A DNA stretch of 64,000 nucleotides from an uncultured Bifidobacterium sp. (lineage in GTDB: Bacteria > Actinomycetota > Acidimicrobiia > Acidimicrobiales > Ilumatobacteraceae), in the NCBI GenBank assembly GCA_964653385.1, contig CAZZFB010000001.1, forward strand, positions 3,523-67,522, given 5' to 3'. Shown here one piece after another: positions 45,380-54,988 of the stretch. A program made the position numbers and the translations under genes. The notes beneath the pieces are model-generated. The model was not told where the DNA came from, made no database searches, and saw only the letters and a program-made list of their open reading frames with translations. How positions within the stretch are numbered: position 1 is the stretch's first letter; every line of letters starts with the position of its first letter.

Positions 45380-46888
45380 CTACTGCGGCCAGTAGGCGTC
45401 GCGCAGCAGCCGCTTCTTCAGCTTCCCGTGCGCCTCGCGGGGGAGCGCATCGTGGAAGTCCACGCTGCGGGGGCACTTGAACCCGGCGAGCCTCTCCCGT
45501 GACCACGCGATCAGGTCCTCCTCGGTCAGCACGGCGCCGTCCTCCAGTTCGACTGCGGCCTTGACCTGCTGGCCGAACTCGGGGTCGGGGATGCCGAACA
45601 CGGCGACGTCGCGCACCGCGGGGTGCTGGCTGAGCACGCCCTCGATCTCGGCGGGGTACACGTTGACTCCGCCGTTCAGGATGAGGTCGACCCTGCGGTC
45701 CACCAGGTACATGAAACCGTCGGCGTCCAGGTAGCCCACGTCTCCCACGGTGAAGCGGCCGTCGGGGAGCTGCGAGCTGCGTGTCTTCTCCTCGTCGCCG
45801 TGGTACCTCGGCGCACCGTCCGCACGGCGGAAATAGAGGGTGCCGATCGAGCCTGCGGGCAGGTCGCGGCCTTCCTCGTCGACGACGGAGATCTCCAGCC
45901 CGGGATTCGGCCGGCCGACGGTGCCGGGCCTGGCCATCCAGTCCTGGCTCGTGCACACCACGGGCCCCGTGCCCTCCGAACTGCCGTAGAACTCCACGAT
46001 GCACGGACCGAGAAGGTCGATGAGCCGCTGTTTCGCCCACGGCGGGCAGGGGGCGGCCGTGTGCGCAATCCACTCGAGCGACGAGAGGTCGCGGCGGGTG
46101 AACTCGTGGTCGTCCAGCTTGGCCAGCCGCACCATCAGGGTGGGAACGAGAGGTGCGCTCGTGACGCGGCGCGTCTCGACGAGGTCAAGGAAGCGGTGAG
46201 GGTCGAACCTGTCCTCGATCACGAGGGTGTGGCCCCTGTTCAGCGCCGCACCGAGAACGCCCGCGCCGAAGGCGTGGTACAGCGGCGTCGTGATGCACAT
46301 GATCCCGGTCTCGGGCATCCGGACGAACCCGCCCCATGTGCGCATCCCCGGGCCCCAGCGCGCGATGGGCAGACCCTGGTCGGGGCGCACGACCCCCTTG
46401 GAGGCCCCCGTCGTGCCTCCGGTGTACTGCAGCGGGGCACCGGCGAAGGTGGAGGCGACAGGGGAGTCATCGTGCGCGTCGCGCCAGGCCTCGTAGGTGG
46501 AGCCGATCACGAGGATGCGCCGGGGGTCCAGGCCGGCCTCGGCGGCGGCGTCGCGGGCGACGGGCTCCAGGTCGGGTTCGGTGACGATGAGTGTCGCCCC
46601 GCTGTTGACGAGGAGATACGCGAGTTCCGGTGCGGTGAGGTGCCAGTTGAGCGGCACGTATCTCGTGCCCGCCATCGTGTTGCCGAGGAACATCTCGACC
46701 CACTCGGTGCGGTTGTGGCTGAGGATTGCCCACGGGGCGTCCGCTGTGACCCCCGACGCGGCCAGGGCGTGCGCGACGCGACGTGCCACCGACTCCAGCC
46801 CCGACCACGTGAGACGCGTCGTGCCGTCGTCGACTGCGACCTCGTCCGGCGCGGCCGCGGACGCCTCGAGCAGGAAATCCCCCTCCAT
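45380..46888 (-). CDS. AMP-dependent acyl-CoA synthetase/ligase
   Basis: LQYTGGTTGASKGV, YGSSEG and GKLKKRLLRD. I prefer ATG 46888 (MEGDFLLEAS) over the TTG 46936 track start. Confidence 0.85.
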   Translation of the reverse strand: MEGDFLLEASAAAPDEVAVDDGTTRLTWSGLESVARRVAHALAASGVTADAPWAILSHNRTEWVEMFLGNTMAGTRYVPLNWHLTAPELAYLLVNSGATLIVTEPDLEPVARDAAAEAGLDPRRILVIGSTYEAWRDAHDDSPVASTFAGAPLQYTGGTTGASKGVVRPDQGLPIARWGPGMRTWGGFVRMPETGIMCITTPLYHAFGAGVLGAALNRGHTLVIEDRFDPHRFLDLVETRRVTSAPLVPTLMVRLAKLDDHEFTRRDLSSLEWIAHTAAPCPPWAKQRLIDLLGPCIVEFYGSSEGTGPVVCTSQDWMARPGTVGRPNPGLEISVVDEEGRDLPAGSIGTLYFRRADGAPRYHGDEEKTRSSQLPDGRFTVGDVGYLDADGFMYLVDRRVDLILNGGVNVYPAEIEGVLSQHPAVRDVAVFGIPDPEFGQQVKAAVELEDGAVLTEEDLIAWSRERLAGFKCPRSVDFHDALPREAHGKLKKRLLRDAYWPQ

Positions 46889-46967
46889 GCAGACATTCTT
46901 GCGTCCCCGCGGTGGCGGGACGTCACGGAGGGTCAACTACGGTTCGTGTGGGCCAGAGGGGGAGACA

Positions 46968-47903
46968 ATGGACAAGCCGGAACCGATCAGGAACAGGATT
47001 ACCGAGATGCTGGGCATCGACTACCCGGTGGTCCAGGCCCCGATGGGGTGGATCGCCCGCAGCCAGCTGGCCTCGGCGGTGTCCAACGCCGGGGGTCTCG
47101 GCATCATCGAGACCTCCTCCGGGGAACTTGACGTCATCAAGGCGGAGATCGCCGCGATGCGCACCCTCACGGACAGGCCCTTCGGCGTGAACATCGCGCA
47201 GGCCTTCGTGAGGGACCCCCAGATCGCCGACTTCGTGGTGGAGCAGGGCGTGAGGTTCGTGACCACGTCGGCTGGTGACCCGACCAAGTACACCTCGAAG
47301 CTGAAGTCGGCCGGGTTGACGGTCTTCCATGTCGTGCCCACGCTCGCGGCGGCACTGAAGGCGGTGGAGGCCGGGGTCGACGGCCTGGTGGTGGAGGGCG
47401 GCGAGGGCGGCGGTTTCAAGAACCCCCGGGACGTGTCCACGATGGTCCTCGTGCCCCTGGTGGCAGAGCACGTGGATGTGCCGATCATCGCCGCCGGCGG
47501 GATCACCGACGGTGCGGGGATGGCCGCGGCGTTCTCGCTGGGTGCGGGCGGTGTCCAGATGGGCACCCGGATGGTCGCCGCCGCCGAGTCCCCGGTGCAC
47601 GACAACTGGAAGAACGCGATTGTCGGTGCCGCAGAGACGGACACGGTGTTCCTCAACCGTTTCGGGCGTCCGGGTCTGCGGGCGCTGCGCACGGAGAAAA
47701 CGACCCTTCTGGAGCGCGAGGACCAGGTGGACCTCTCGGTGTTCGGGCGTGCCACGGACCTCTACTTCGGCGGCGACATGGAGGCATCCATCGCGCTCAC
47801 CGGGCAGGTGGCAGGAAGGATCTCGGACGTCCGGCCCGTGAGGGACATCATCTGGGGCACGGTCAACGAGTACCGGGCGAGAGCTTCGTCCCTGCCCGGC
47901 TGA
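46968..47903 (+). CDS. Nitronate monooxygenase / NAD(P)H-dependent flavin oxidoreductase (FabK-like fold)
   Basis: LGIDYPVVQAPMGWIA, GGLGII, EGGEGGG and IIAAGGITDG. ATG 46968 follows GGGGGAGA. Confidence 0.85.
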   Translation: MDKPEPIRNRITEMLGIDYPVVQAPMGWIARSQLASAVSNAGGLGIIETSSGELDVIKAEIAAMRTLTDRPFGVNIAQAFVRDPQIADFVVEQGVRFVTTSAGDPTKYTSKLKSAGLTVFHVVPTLAAALKAVEAGVDGLVVEGGEGGGFKNPRDVSTMVLVPLVAEHVDVPIIAAGGITDGAGMAAAFSLGAGGVQMGTRMVAAAESPVHDNWKNAIVGAAETDTVFLNRFGRPGLRALRTEKTTLLEREDQVDLSVFGRATDLYFGGDMEASIALTGQVAGRISDVRPVRDIIWGTVNEYRARASSLPG

Positions 47904-47969
47904 CCGGCAGCCACCCCGGCGTCCGGCCTGCGACGCCTGCGGGCGCACCTGACCGCCTAGGGTGGACGG

Positions 47970-48881
47970 ATGGACGACCTGGCACTCCTGACCGAACTCG
48001 AGCCCGAGGTGGAGCGTCTCCTGAACCGTCACCTGGAATCCGCCGAGGACTGGTACCCGCACGAGCACGTCCCGTGGGACCGTGCCGCACGGCTCGCGAC
48101 CGACGGTTTCACCCACGGCGAGCCTGCACTGTCCCAGGGTGCCCGCAGTGCCCTGCTGGTGAACCTGCTCACCGAGGACAACCTCCCGTGGTACACCCGA
48201 ACGATCTCGCGAGTGTTCGGCGGGAAGTCCGCCTGGGGTGAGTGGGTCCAGCGCTGGACAGCCGAGGAGGGCCGCCACGCCATCGTGATGCGTGACTACA
48301 TCACCGTCAGCGGGCTCGTGGACCCGAAGGTCCTGGAGGACGGCCGCATGGCCCAGGTGAGCGGCGCGGTGGTGCCCGAGCCCGAGACCGCCGTGGACGG
48401 CATGTGCTACGTGGCCATCCAGGAACTCGCCACCAGAATCTCGCACCGCAATACGGGCACGGTGCTCGACGACCCGGTCGGCTACGACGTGATGATGAAG
48501 CTGTCCTCCGACGAGAACCGCCACCATCTCTTCTACCGCGATCTCGTCACGGCGACGCTCGGGATCGACCCCTCGGCGGTGGTGGAGGCGCTGCACCGCC
48601 AGGTGACCAACTTCGAGATGCCTGGGGTGGGCATACCCGGGTTCACGGACCACGCCCGCCACATCGCCGCCGCCGGCATCTATGACTTCGCCATCCACCA
48701 CGAGCGCATCATCGTCCCTCTCGTGTTCCGTCAGTGGGCGATCGACAAGGTGGAGGGCCTTTCTGCTACCGCCGAGAAGGCGCGTGACGAGATGATGCAC
48801 TTCATCGAGCGCGTCGGACGTGTCGCGCGACGGCAGATCGAGCGCCGCGAGGCAGCGGCGGCGGCCGTGAACCCCGCCTGA
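47970..48881 (+). CDS. Acyl-ACP desaturase (soluble di-iron, DesA-like)
   Basis: Di-iron EXXH motifs in TAEEGRHAIVMRDY and SSDENRHHLFYRD, plus TEDNLPWY. Confidence 0.88.
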   Translation: MDDLALLTELEPEVERLLNRHLESAEDWYPHEHVPWDRAARLATDGFTHGEPALSQGARSALLVNLLTEDNLPWYTRTISRVFGGKSAWGEWVQRWTAEEGRHAIVMRDYITVSGLVDPKVLEDGRMAQVSGAVVPEPETAVDGMCYVAIQELATRISHRNTGTVLDDPVGYDVMMKLSSDENRHHLFYRDLVTATLGIDPSAVVEALHRQVTNFEMPGVGIPGFTDHARHIAAAGIYDFAIHHERIIVPLVFRQWAIDKVEGLSATAEKARDEMMHFIERVGRVARRQIERREAAAAAVNPA

Positions 48882-48887
48882 CAGAAG

Positions 48888-50420
48888 TCAGAGCGAGGGG
48901 AACTGCAGGCGAAGGTCGCGCTTCAGGATCTTCCCCGACGCGTTGCGGGGGATTCCCTCCACGAAGCGCACGGCCACCGGCATCTTGAAGCGGGCGAGCT
49001 TGCCGTCGCAGAACGACAGCACGTCCTTCTCCTCGAGGGCCGGGTCCTTCTTCACGACGACTGCGATGGGGGACTCGCCCCACTTCTCGGACGGGACCCC
49101 GATGACCGCCACGTCGGCGACCCCGGGGCAGCCGAGCAGGAGGTTCTCGATCTCGGCCGGGTAGACGTTCTCGCCGCCGGAGATGATCATGTCCTTCAGG
49201 CGGTCCTGGATGAAGATGAACCCCTCCTCGTCGCGGATGCCCATGTCGCCGGAGTGGAACCAGCCGTCGCGGATGGCCTCGGCCGTGGCATCGGGCCTGT
49301 TCCAGTAGCCGGTCATGATGTGACCGCCGCGGATCACGATCTCGCCCGACTCGTTGTCGTCGCACTCTGTCCCGTCCGGGCGCACCACCATCACGTCGGT
49401 GTGGAAGAAGCTCTTGCCCGTGGAACCGGCCTTGCGGATCGCGACGTCGGGCGTGGTGACACAGGCCGGCCCGCACGTCTCCGTGAGGCCGTACACCTGG
49501 TGGATCTCGATGCCCATCTCCGTGTACTGGTTGATGAGGGTGACGGGCACGGGTGCCGCCCCGCTCAGGAACCACCTGACCGTCTTCTTGTCGTGCTGTG
49601 CGGGGTCGAAGGTGACGCGCATCGCCTGGAGCATCGCGGGCACGAGGAGTGCGTTGTTGATCCTCTCGGCCGTCACGAGTTCCCATGCCTTCACGGGGTC
49701 GAAGGCCCGCATGAGCACCTGGGCCAGCCCGCGGTACGTGGTGACTATCGCGGGGGTCAGTGCCCCCACGTGGAAGAGCGGCATCGGGTTCAGGTAGCGG
49801 TCACCGATGCAGAAGTCGCTCGTGGCGTTGAGGGTGACGAGTGCGTCCATTTGCGTGCTGTGGGTGTGCATGACGCCCTTCGGGAGGCCCGTGGTGCCCG
49901 AGGTGTACATGATGTAGAGGAGGTCGTCATCGAAGGCGGTGACGACCGGCTCGGCGCTCGACTGGGGGTCCACGAGGCTGTCGAACCCGGAGGCGAATGC
50001 CGGGACGCTCCCCGGGGAGCCCACGTGGATCCAGTGTGCGACGTCCGTCTTCCCCGCACGGGACTGCAGTTCCACGGCGGAGGGCAGGAACTCCTCTCCG
50101 TAGAAGAGAACTGTCGTGCCGGAGTCCTTCAGGATGAACTCGAGCTCATCGGGCACGAGACGCCAGTTCAGCGGCACCACGACCCCGCCCAGCTTGGCCA
50201 CGGCGAAGAAGGCCGTGATGTACTCGTGCGAGTTCATCATGAGGAGCGCCACACGGTCACCCTTGGAGACCCTGCCGGCAAGGGCGTTCGCGACCTGGTT
50301 GGTGCGGGCGTTCAGTTCTTCGTAGGTGAAACGCCGGCCCGCAGCCACGTCATAGAGGGCCTCGAGGTCGGGGTTGATGTAGGCACGCTTGGAGAGGATC
50401 TGGCCGATGTTGACTCGCAT
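48888..50420 (-). CDS. AMP-dependent long-chain-fatty-acid-CoA ligase
   Basis: IMYTSGTTGLPKGV, YGLTETC and SGKILKRDLR. Confidence 0.9.
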   Translation of the reverse strand: MRVNIGQILSKRAYINPDLEALYDVAAGRRFTYEELNARTNQVANALAGRVSKGDRVALLMMNSHEYITAFFAVAKLGGVVVPLNWRLVPDELEFILKDSGTTVLFYGEEFLPSAVELQSRAGKTDVAHWIHVGSPGSVPAFASGFDSLVDPQSSAEPVVTAFDDDLLYIMYTSGTTGLPKGVMHTHSTQMDALVTLNATSDFCIGDRYLNPMPLFHVGALTPAIVTTYRGLAQVLMRAFDPVKAWELVTAERINNALLVPAMLQAMRVTFDPAQHDKKTVRWFLSGAAPVPVTLINQYTEMGIEIHQVYGLTETCGPACVTTPDVAIRKAGSTGKSFFHTDVMVVRPDGTECDDNESGEIVIRGGHIMTGYWNRPDATAEAIRDGWFHSGDMGIRDEEGFIFIQDRLKDMIISGGENVYPAEIENLLLGCPGVADVAVIGVPSEKWGESPIAVVVKKDPALEEKDVLSFCDGKLARFKMPVAVRFVEGIPRNASGKILKRDLRLQFPSL

Positions 50421-50496
50421 GAACGGTCATTGTGGCACAGGGCGTCCCGGCCCCGGAACTGTGCTCCCCACCGTCCTGGGGGCCCGCAGAGAGGGC

Positions 50497-51270
50497 TCAG
50501 CCGCGGAGGTAGGTGACCCCGCCGTCCACGACGAGGGTGGACCCGAGGACGTAGTCGCCTGCCCGTGAGGCGAGGTACACGGCCGCCCCGGCCATGTCCT
50601 CGGTGGTGCCGATCCGGCGGGCAGGGATGCCGGCAGAGATCGCGTCACCGTGGTCACGGGCGGCCTTGTTCATCTCCGAGGCGAAGGCACCCGGTGCGAT
50701 GGCCGTCATCACGATGTTGTCCTTGGCGAGATGCAGTGCCATGCGCTTCGTCATGTGGATCAGCCCGGCCTTGCTGCCCGCGTACGAGTAGGTCTCCAGC
50801 ATGTTCACCGAGATGCCGTCGATGGACGCGATGTTGATGACCTTGGCCAGGTGGCCGTCGCGCGCACCGGCCCTGAGCAGGGGGGTGAGCTCGCGGGTGA
50901 GGAAGAACGGTGCCTTCAGGTTGAGGTCGACGACCTTGTCCCAGCCGGATTCGGGGAACGTGTCCCACGACTCGCCCCACGCCGCCCCTGCATTGTTGAC
51001 GAGGATGTCGAGGGCCTGCTCCCGCTTCCCGATCTCGGAGACGAGGGCCTTGATCCCGTCCAGGGTGGACACGTCACCGGGGACGGAGATGCACTCCCCG
51101 AACTCGCTCAGCTGCCGTGCGGCCTCGTCGCACTGGGCCGCCTTGCGCGAGGAGATGTACACGCGGGCGCAACCGAACTCGAGCAGGCCCTGGGCGATCA
51201 TGAACCCGATGCCGCGTGAGCCGCCGGTGACGAGTGCGACGCGGCCGTTGAGGGAGAAGAGGTCTTTCAT
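50497..51270 (-). CDS. SDR-family oxidoreductase (3-oxoacyl reductase-like)
   Basis: VTGGSRGIG, NNAG and YAGSKAG (YxxxK). ATG overlaps the upstream stop (ATGA 51267-51270). Confidence 0.9.
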   Translation of the reverse strand: MKDLFSLNGRVALVTGGSRGIGFMIAQGLLEFGCARVYISSRKAAQCDEAARQLSEFGECISVPGDVSTLDGIKALVSEIGKREQALDILVNNAGAAWGESWDTFPESGWDKVVDLNLKAPFFLTRELTPLLRAGARDGHLAKVINIASIDGISVNMLETYSYAGSKAGLIHMTKRMALHLAKDNIVMTAIAPGAFASEMNKAARDHGDAISAGIPARRIGTTEDMAGAAVYLASRAGDYVLGSTLVVDGGVTYLRG

Positions 51271-51791
51271 GCCCGCGACTGTAAGCGCTGGACCGTGCGC
51301 AGGGCGACCCAGGAGCCGATGGCCGCGCCGAGGACGGAGCCGACGACGACGTCCGAGGGCCAGTGGACGCCCAGCACCACGCGGGCGGCGGCGGCGCAGG
51401 CGGCCAGGCCGACCGCGACGCCGCGAAGCAGCCTTCTGCGGGGGTGCCCGGCGAGGAGCACCCAGGCCACTCCGGCGAGGGCGGCTGCGTACGCCGCATG
51501 ACCGGAGGGCATCGATGCGGACGAGGTCTCCACGAGCCGTCCCGCGAGGGGCGGCCTGTCCCTGTCGAGCGCGAGCTTGGCGAGGCCCGTGACGATGACC
51601 GCGAGGACCATCGACAGGAACGGGGCGACCGTGCGGGCGGAGGACCTGCCCGTCATGAAGCCGACGGCGAGGAGAGCGAGAGTGAGGGGCACCAGGACGG
51701 TGTCGTCGCCGGCGTGGTGGAGGAGCGTGGCCGCATCGACCACCCAGTCGGGACGGTTGACGGTGACCCAGTCGAGGATGGATCTGTCCAC
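51267..51791 (-). CDS. PAP2-family lipid phosphatase
   Basis: KLALDRDRPP, MPSGHA and RVVLGVHWPSD, the three PAP2 motifs. Confidence 0.88.
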   Translation of the reverse strand: MDRSILDWVTVNRPDWVVDAATLLHHAGDDTVLVPLTLALLAVGFMTGRSSARTVAPFLSMVLAVIVTGLAKLALDRDRPPLAGRLVETSSASMPSGHAAYAAALAGVAWVLLAGHPRRRLLRGVAVGLAACAAAARVVLGVHWPSDVVVGSVLGAAIGSWVALRTVQRLQSRA

Positions 51792-51801
51792 GTCCCCGAA
51801 C

Positions 51802-52416
51802 CTAGTCGGAGGGCCGCCGCACGAGGCGGAAGGTCAGGTTGACCCTCGGTGCGCGGACCTTCTTCATGGCGGGCACCTGGTGGACCCAACGTTGCTGGAG
51901 CACCCCGGACATGACCAGGAGTGAGCCGTGCGGGAGGAGGACGCGCTTCGTCTCCCCGGTGTCCCTGTGGCGCAGGTCGAAGAACCTCTCCGCCCCCAGG
52001 CTCACCGACGCGATGGTCGGCTCCGGGCCGTTGATCTCCTCGTTGTCCGCGTGCCAACCGAGTCGGTCATTGCCGTCCCTGTAGAGGTTGACGAGTGCGG
52101 AGTTGAACCGCGCGCCGGTGTGCGCCTCCACCAATCGGTGGATCTCGGCAACCGCGGGCGTGAAGGGGTGGGCGGCACGTCGTGCGCCCGAGTAGACGTA
52201 GTCGACGCCGTCGGGGGAGTACCACACTGACATGCGGGGTTCCGTGACCTTCCTGCCGAACATGACGAGGTCAGCCTGCTCCCAGGCAACCTCTTCGACC
52301 AGGCGGGAGAGGAGGGCATCCGCCGCCTCCCAGTTGATGAACCCGGGGAACAGTTCGGCCCGGCCGTCGTGGTCGACGACAGCCCCCGCCTCAGGGAACA
52401 ACCCGGGCCCGCTCAC
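51802..52416 (-). CDS. AlkB-like Fe(II)/2-oxoglutarate dioxygenase
   Basis: NLYRDGNDRLGWHADNE (H-x-D), HGSLLVM and RVNLTFR. I use GTG 52416; the alternative ATG 52455 would overlap the divergent gene start by 2 nt. Confidence 0.8.
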   Translation of the reverse strand: MSGPGLFPEAGAVVDHDGRAELFPGFINWEAADALLSRLVEEVAWEQADLVMFGRKVTEPRMSVWYSPDGVDYVYSGARRAAHPFTPAVAEIHRLVEAHTGARFNSALVNLYRDGNDRLGWHADNEEINGPEPTIASVSLGAERFFDLRHRDTGETKRVLLPHGSLLVMSGVLQQRWVHQVPAMKKVRAPRVNLTFRLVRRPSD

Positions 52417-52453
52417 GTGTCCTGCCTCGATGCCACGGGTGCAATGATGGCGC

Positions 52454-53023
52454 ATGACCAGCATCGAACGCCCGCACAGCCCCCGCATAGCCCCGGTGAC
52501 AGACCCCGGCCCCGCCGTGGCCGATTCCCTCTCGCGGACGCTCATGGCCGGGTCTGGGCAGCCCCTCAACATCTTCGGCACGCTCGCGCGGCACCCTGCC
52601 CTGCTCGACCGCTTCAACCGGTTCGGGGGCTTCCTGCTGAACAAGGGGCTGCTCGACCCGCGGGAGCGCGAGCTGGTGATCCTGCGCGTCGGCTGGAACT
52701 GCCGCTCGGTGTACGAGTTCGGCCAGCACACCGTCATCGGCAGGCGGGAGGGTCTCACGGAAGGGGAGATATCGGCGCTCACCGGCCCGGCCGGGGGGCA
52801 CCCCTGGAGCGCGAGCGACAGGGCGCTGATTGACATGTGCGACGAGCTCTGTGCTGACGACTGCGTCTCGGGGGATACCTACGCGCGGGTCGCAGGCACG
52901 CACGGCGACGCCGAGATGCTGGAGCTCCTCGTGGTCGCCGGGTTCTACAGGCTCGTGTCCGGGTTCCTGAACACCTTCGGGGTGCAGCTGGACCCGGGTG
53001 TGCCGGGCTGGCCCGACAGCTGA
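52454..53023 (+). CDS. Carboxymuconolactone decarboxylase (AhpD-like) family protein
   Basis: NIFGTLARHPALLDRF, LDPRERELVILRV and EFGQH, the typical CMD-domain pattern. Confidence 0.75.
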   Translation: MTSIERPHSPRIAPVTDPGPAVADSLSRTLMAGSGQPLNIFGTLARHPALLDRFNRFGGFLLNKGLLDPRERELVILRVGWNCRSVYEFGQHTVIGRREGLTEGEISALTGPAGGHPWSASDRALIDMCDELCADDCVSGDTYARVAGTHGDAEMLELLVVAGFYRLVSGFLNTFGVQLDPGVPGWPDS

Positions 53024-53024
53024 C

Positions 53025-54014
53025 TCAGCCGAGCGGGTGGTGGCAGGCCACGAAGTGGCCCGGTGCGACCTCGCGCAGCTGCGGCTCCTCGTTGGCGCAC
53101 TGCTCGCTCGCCATGGGGCAGCGGGTGCGGAAGCGGCAACCCGAGGGCGGGTTCATCGGCGACGGCGGCTCACCCTGGATGCGCCCGCCCTCGGGCTTGC
53201 GCGTGGGATCGGGGATCGGCACGGAGGCAACCAGGGCCTTGGTGTAGTGGTGCCGCGTGCGCTGGTACAGGTCATCCGGTGTGGCGACCTCGCACACCTT
53301 GCCCAGGTACATCACCATGACGCGGGTGCTGATCGTCTTCACGACCGCCAGGTCGTGGGAGATGAAGATCAGGGTCAGGCCGTAGCGGTCCTTCATGTCC
53401 TGCATCAGGTTGAGGATCTGGGCCTGCACCGACACGTCGAGGGCGGACACCGGCTCGTCACAGATGATGAGCGTGGGGTCGAGGGCCAGGGCCCTGGCGA
53501 TGCTGATGCGCTGGCACTGGCCGCCGGAGAACTCGTAGGAGTGGCGCTCGCGCACGACTGCCGGGTCCAGGTTCACCGCCCAGAGGAGCTCGTCGATCTT
53601 GGCGTTGATCTCGGCCTCGTTGCCCTTGTTCCAGACGCGAAGCGGCTCAGCGAGGGTCTCTGACACGTTCATTCGCGGGTCCAGGGAGGAGACGGGATCC
53701 TGGAAGATCATCTGCATCGCCGGGCGCATGTCGCGGAGCTCGTCGCCCTTGAGCTTCGTGAGGTCCTTCGAGAGGAACTCGACCGAACCGCTGGTCGGCT
53801 TCGGGAGCTGCAGTACTGCCTTGCCGAGCGTGGACTTGCCGCACCCGGACTCGCCCACGACGGCCAGGGTCTCGCCGCGCACGAGGTCGAAGCTCACCCC
53901 GGAGACCGCCTTGACGACCTTGTTCTTGCCCAGGTTGAACTCGACCGTGAGGTCGTCGACGACGAGGACGCGGTCGCCCTCTGGCCTCATGTGGGCCTTG
54001 CCGCTACCAGCCAT
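53025..54014 (-). CDS. Peptide-type ABC transporter ATP-binding protein (DppF/OppF-like)
   Basis: Walker A GESGCGKST, signature FSGGQCQR, Walker B LIICDEP and C-terminal Cys-rich CRFRTRC...C motif. ATG 54014 overlaps the upstream TAA (TAATG). Confidence 0.9.
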   Translation of the reverse strand: MAGSGKAHMRPEGDRVLVVDDLTVEFNLGKNKVVKAVSGVSFDLVRGETLAVVGESGCGKSTLGKAVLQLPKPTSGSVEFLSKDLTKLKGDELRDMRPAMQMIFQDPVSSLDPRMNVSETLAEPLRVWNKGNEAEINAKIDELLWAVNLDPAVVRERHSYEFSGGQCQRISIARALALDPTLIICDEPVSALDVSVQAQILNLMQDMKDRYGLTLIFISHDLAVVKTISTRVMVMYLGKVCEVATPDDLYQRTRHHYTKALVASVPIPDPTRKPEGGRIQGEPPSPMNPPSGCRFRTRCPMASEQCANEEPQLREVAPGHFVACHHPLG

Positions 54015-54988
54015 TACTTGTTTCCTCCGATCGGGAACCAACAACGATAGAAGTGGTCGTTGCCGTCACTCTTCAGCGGCGGCTTCTCCGCGCGGCACTT
54101 GTCCTGCACGTAGGGGCAACGGTTCGCGAAGGCGCACCCTGGCTCGTCCTTGGTGGGGTCGGGCAACCGGCCCTCGATGACCGGGAGACGGGTGCCCGTG
54201 GGTGTCTCGAGCCGCGGGATGGACTTGAGGAGTGCCTCCGTGTAGGGCATCTTCATGTTGGCGAAGAGTTCCCCGGTGGGGGCGTACTCGACGAGGTCAC
54301 CCGCGTACATCACGGCGATCTTGTCGGTGTGCCCGGCCACGACGCCCAGGTCATGGGTGACCAGGATCATCGCGGTGTTGAACTCCTCGCGCAGCTCGTC
54401 GAGGAGTTCCAGCACCTGAGCCTGCACCGTGACGTCGAGCGCAGTGGTGGGCTCGTCGGCGAACAGCAGCTCCGGGTTGCAGGAGACCGCAATCGCGATC
54501 ATGATGCGCTGGCGCATGCCTCCCGACAGCTGGTAGGGGAACTTGCGCAGCATCGCCTCGGGATCCGGGATGCGGACCCTCTTCAGCAGCTCGATCGCAC
54601 GCTCGCGGGCAGCCTTCTTGTCCATCCCGAGCCGGACTGTGAGGCTCTCCGTCACCTGGGAGCCGATGCGGCGCACGGGGTTGAGGGCCGTCATGGGGTC
54701 CTGGAAGATCATCGCCATGCCGACACCCCAGAGCTCGCGCACCTTCTCCTTCGGCAGAAGAGAGATGTCCTGGCCCTGGTACCAGATGGCACCGGTGCGG
54801 GTAGCAGTGCCGGGCAGCAGGCCCATGGTGGCGCGGGACAGGACCGTCTTGCCGGAGCCGGACTCGCCCACGACACCCAGGCTCTCTCCGGCCTGGACCT
54901 CGATGGAGACGTCGCGGACAGCCTTCAGCAGGCCGCGCGGCGTCTTGAACGAGACGTTCAGGTTCTCCAGTTTGAGGAGCGTGCTCAT
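54014..54988 (-). CDS. Peptide-type ABC transporter ATP-binding protein (DppD/OppD-like)
   Basis: Walker [17 protein letters not shown] and [12 protein letters not shown]. Starts [10 protein letters not shown], overlapping the permease stop. Confidence 0.9.
   Translation of the reverse strand: MSTLLKLENLNVSFKTPRGLLKAVRDVSIEVQAGESLGVVGESGSGKTVLSRATMGLLPGTATRTGAIWYQGQDISLLPKEKVRELWGVGMAMIFQDPMTALNPVRRIGSQVTESLTVRLGMDKKAARERAIELLKRVRIPDPEAMLRKFPYQLSGGMRQRIMIAIAVSCNPELLFADEPTTALDVTVQAQVLELLDELREEFNTAMILVTHDLGVVAGHTDKIAVMYAGDLVEYAPTGELFANMKMPYTEALLKSIPRLETPTGTRLPVIEGRLPDPTKDEPGCAFANRCPYVQDKCRAEKPPLKSDGNDHFYRCWFPIGGNK

Noticed and set aside
52453-52456. Apparent 2-nt head-to-head overlap of the AlkB-like (ATG 52455, minus) and CMD-family (ATG 52454, plus) start codons
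   Set aside because: This is more likely a start-codon choice artefact. GTG 52416 gives a normal ~204-aa AlkB and a 37-nt divergent spacer. It needs experimental N-terminus or TSS data, so it is not reported as a feature.
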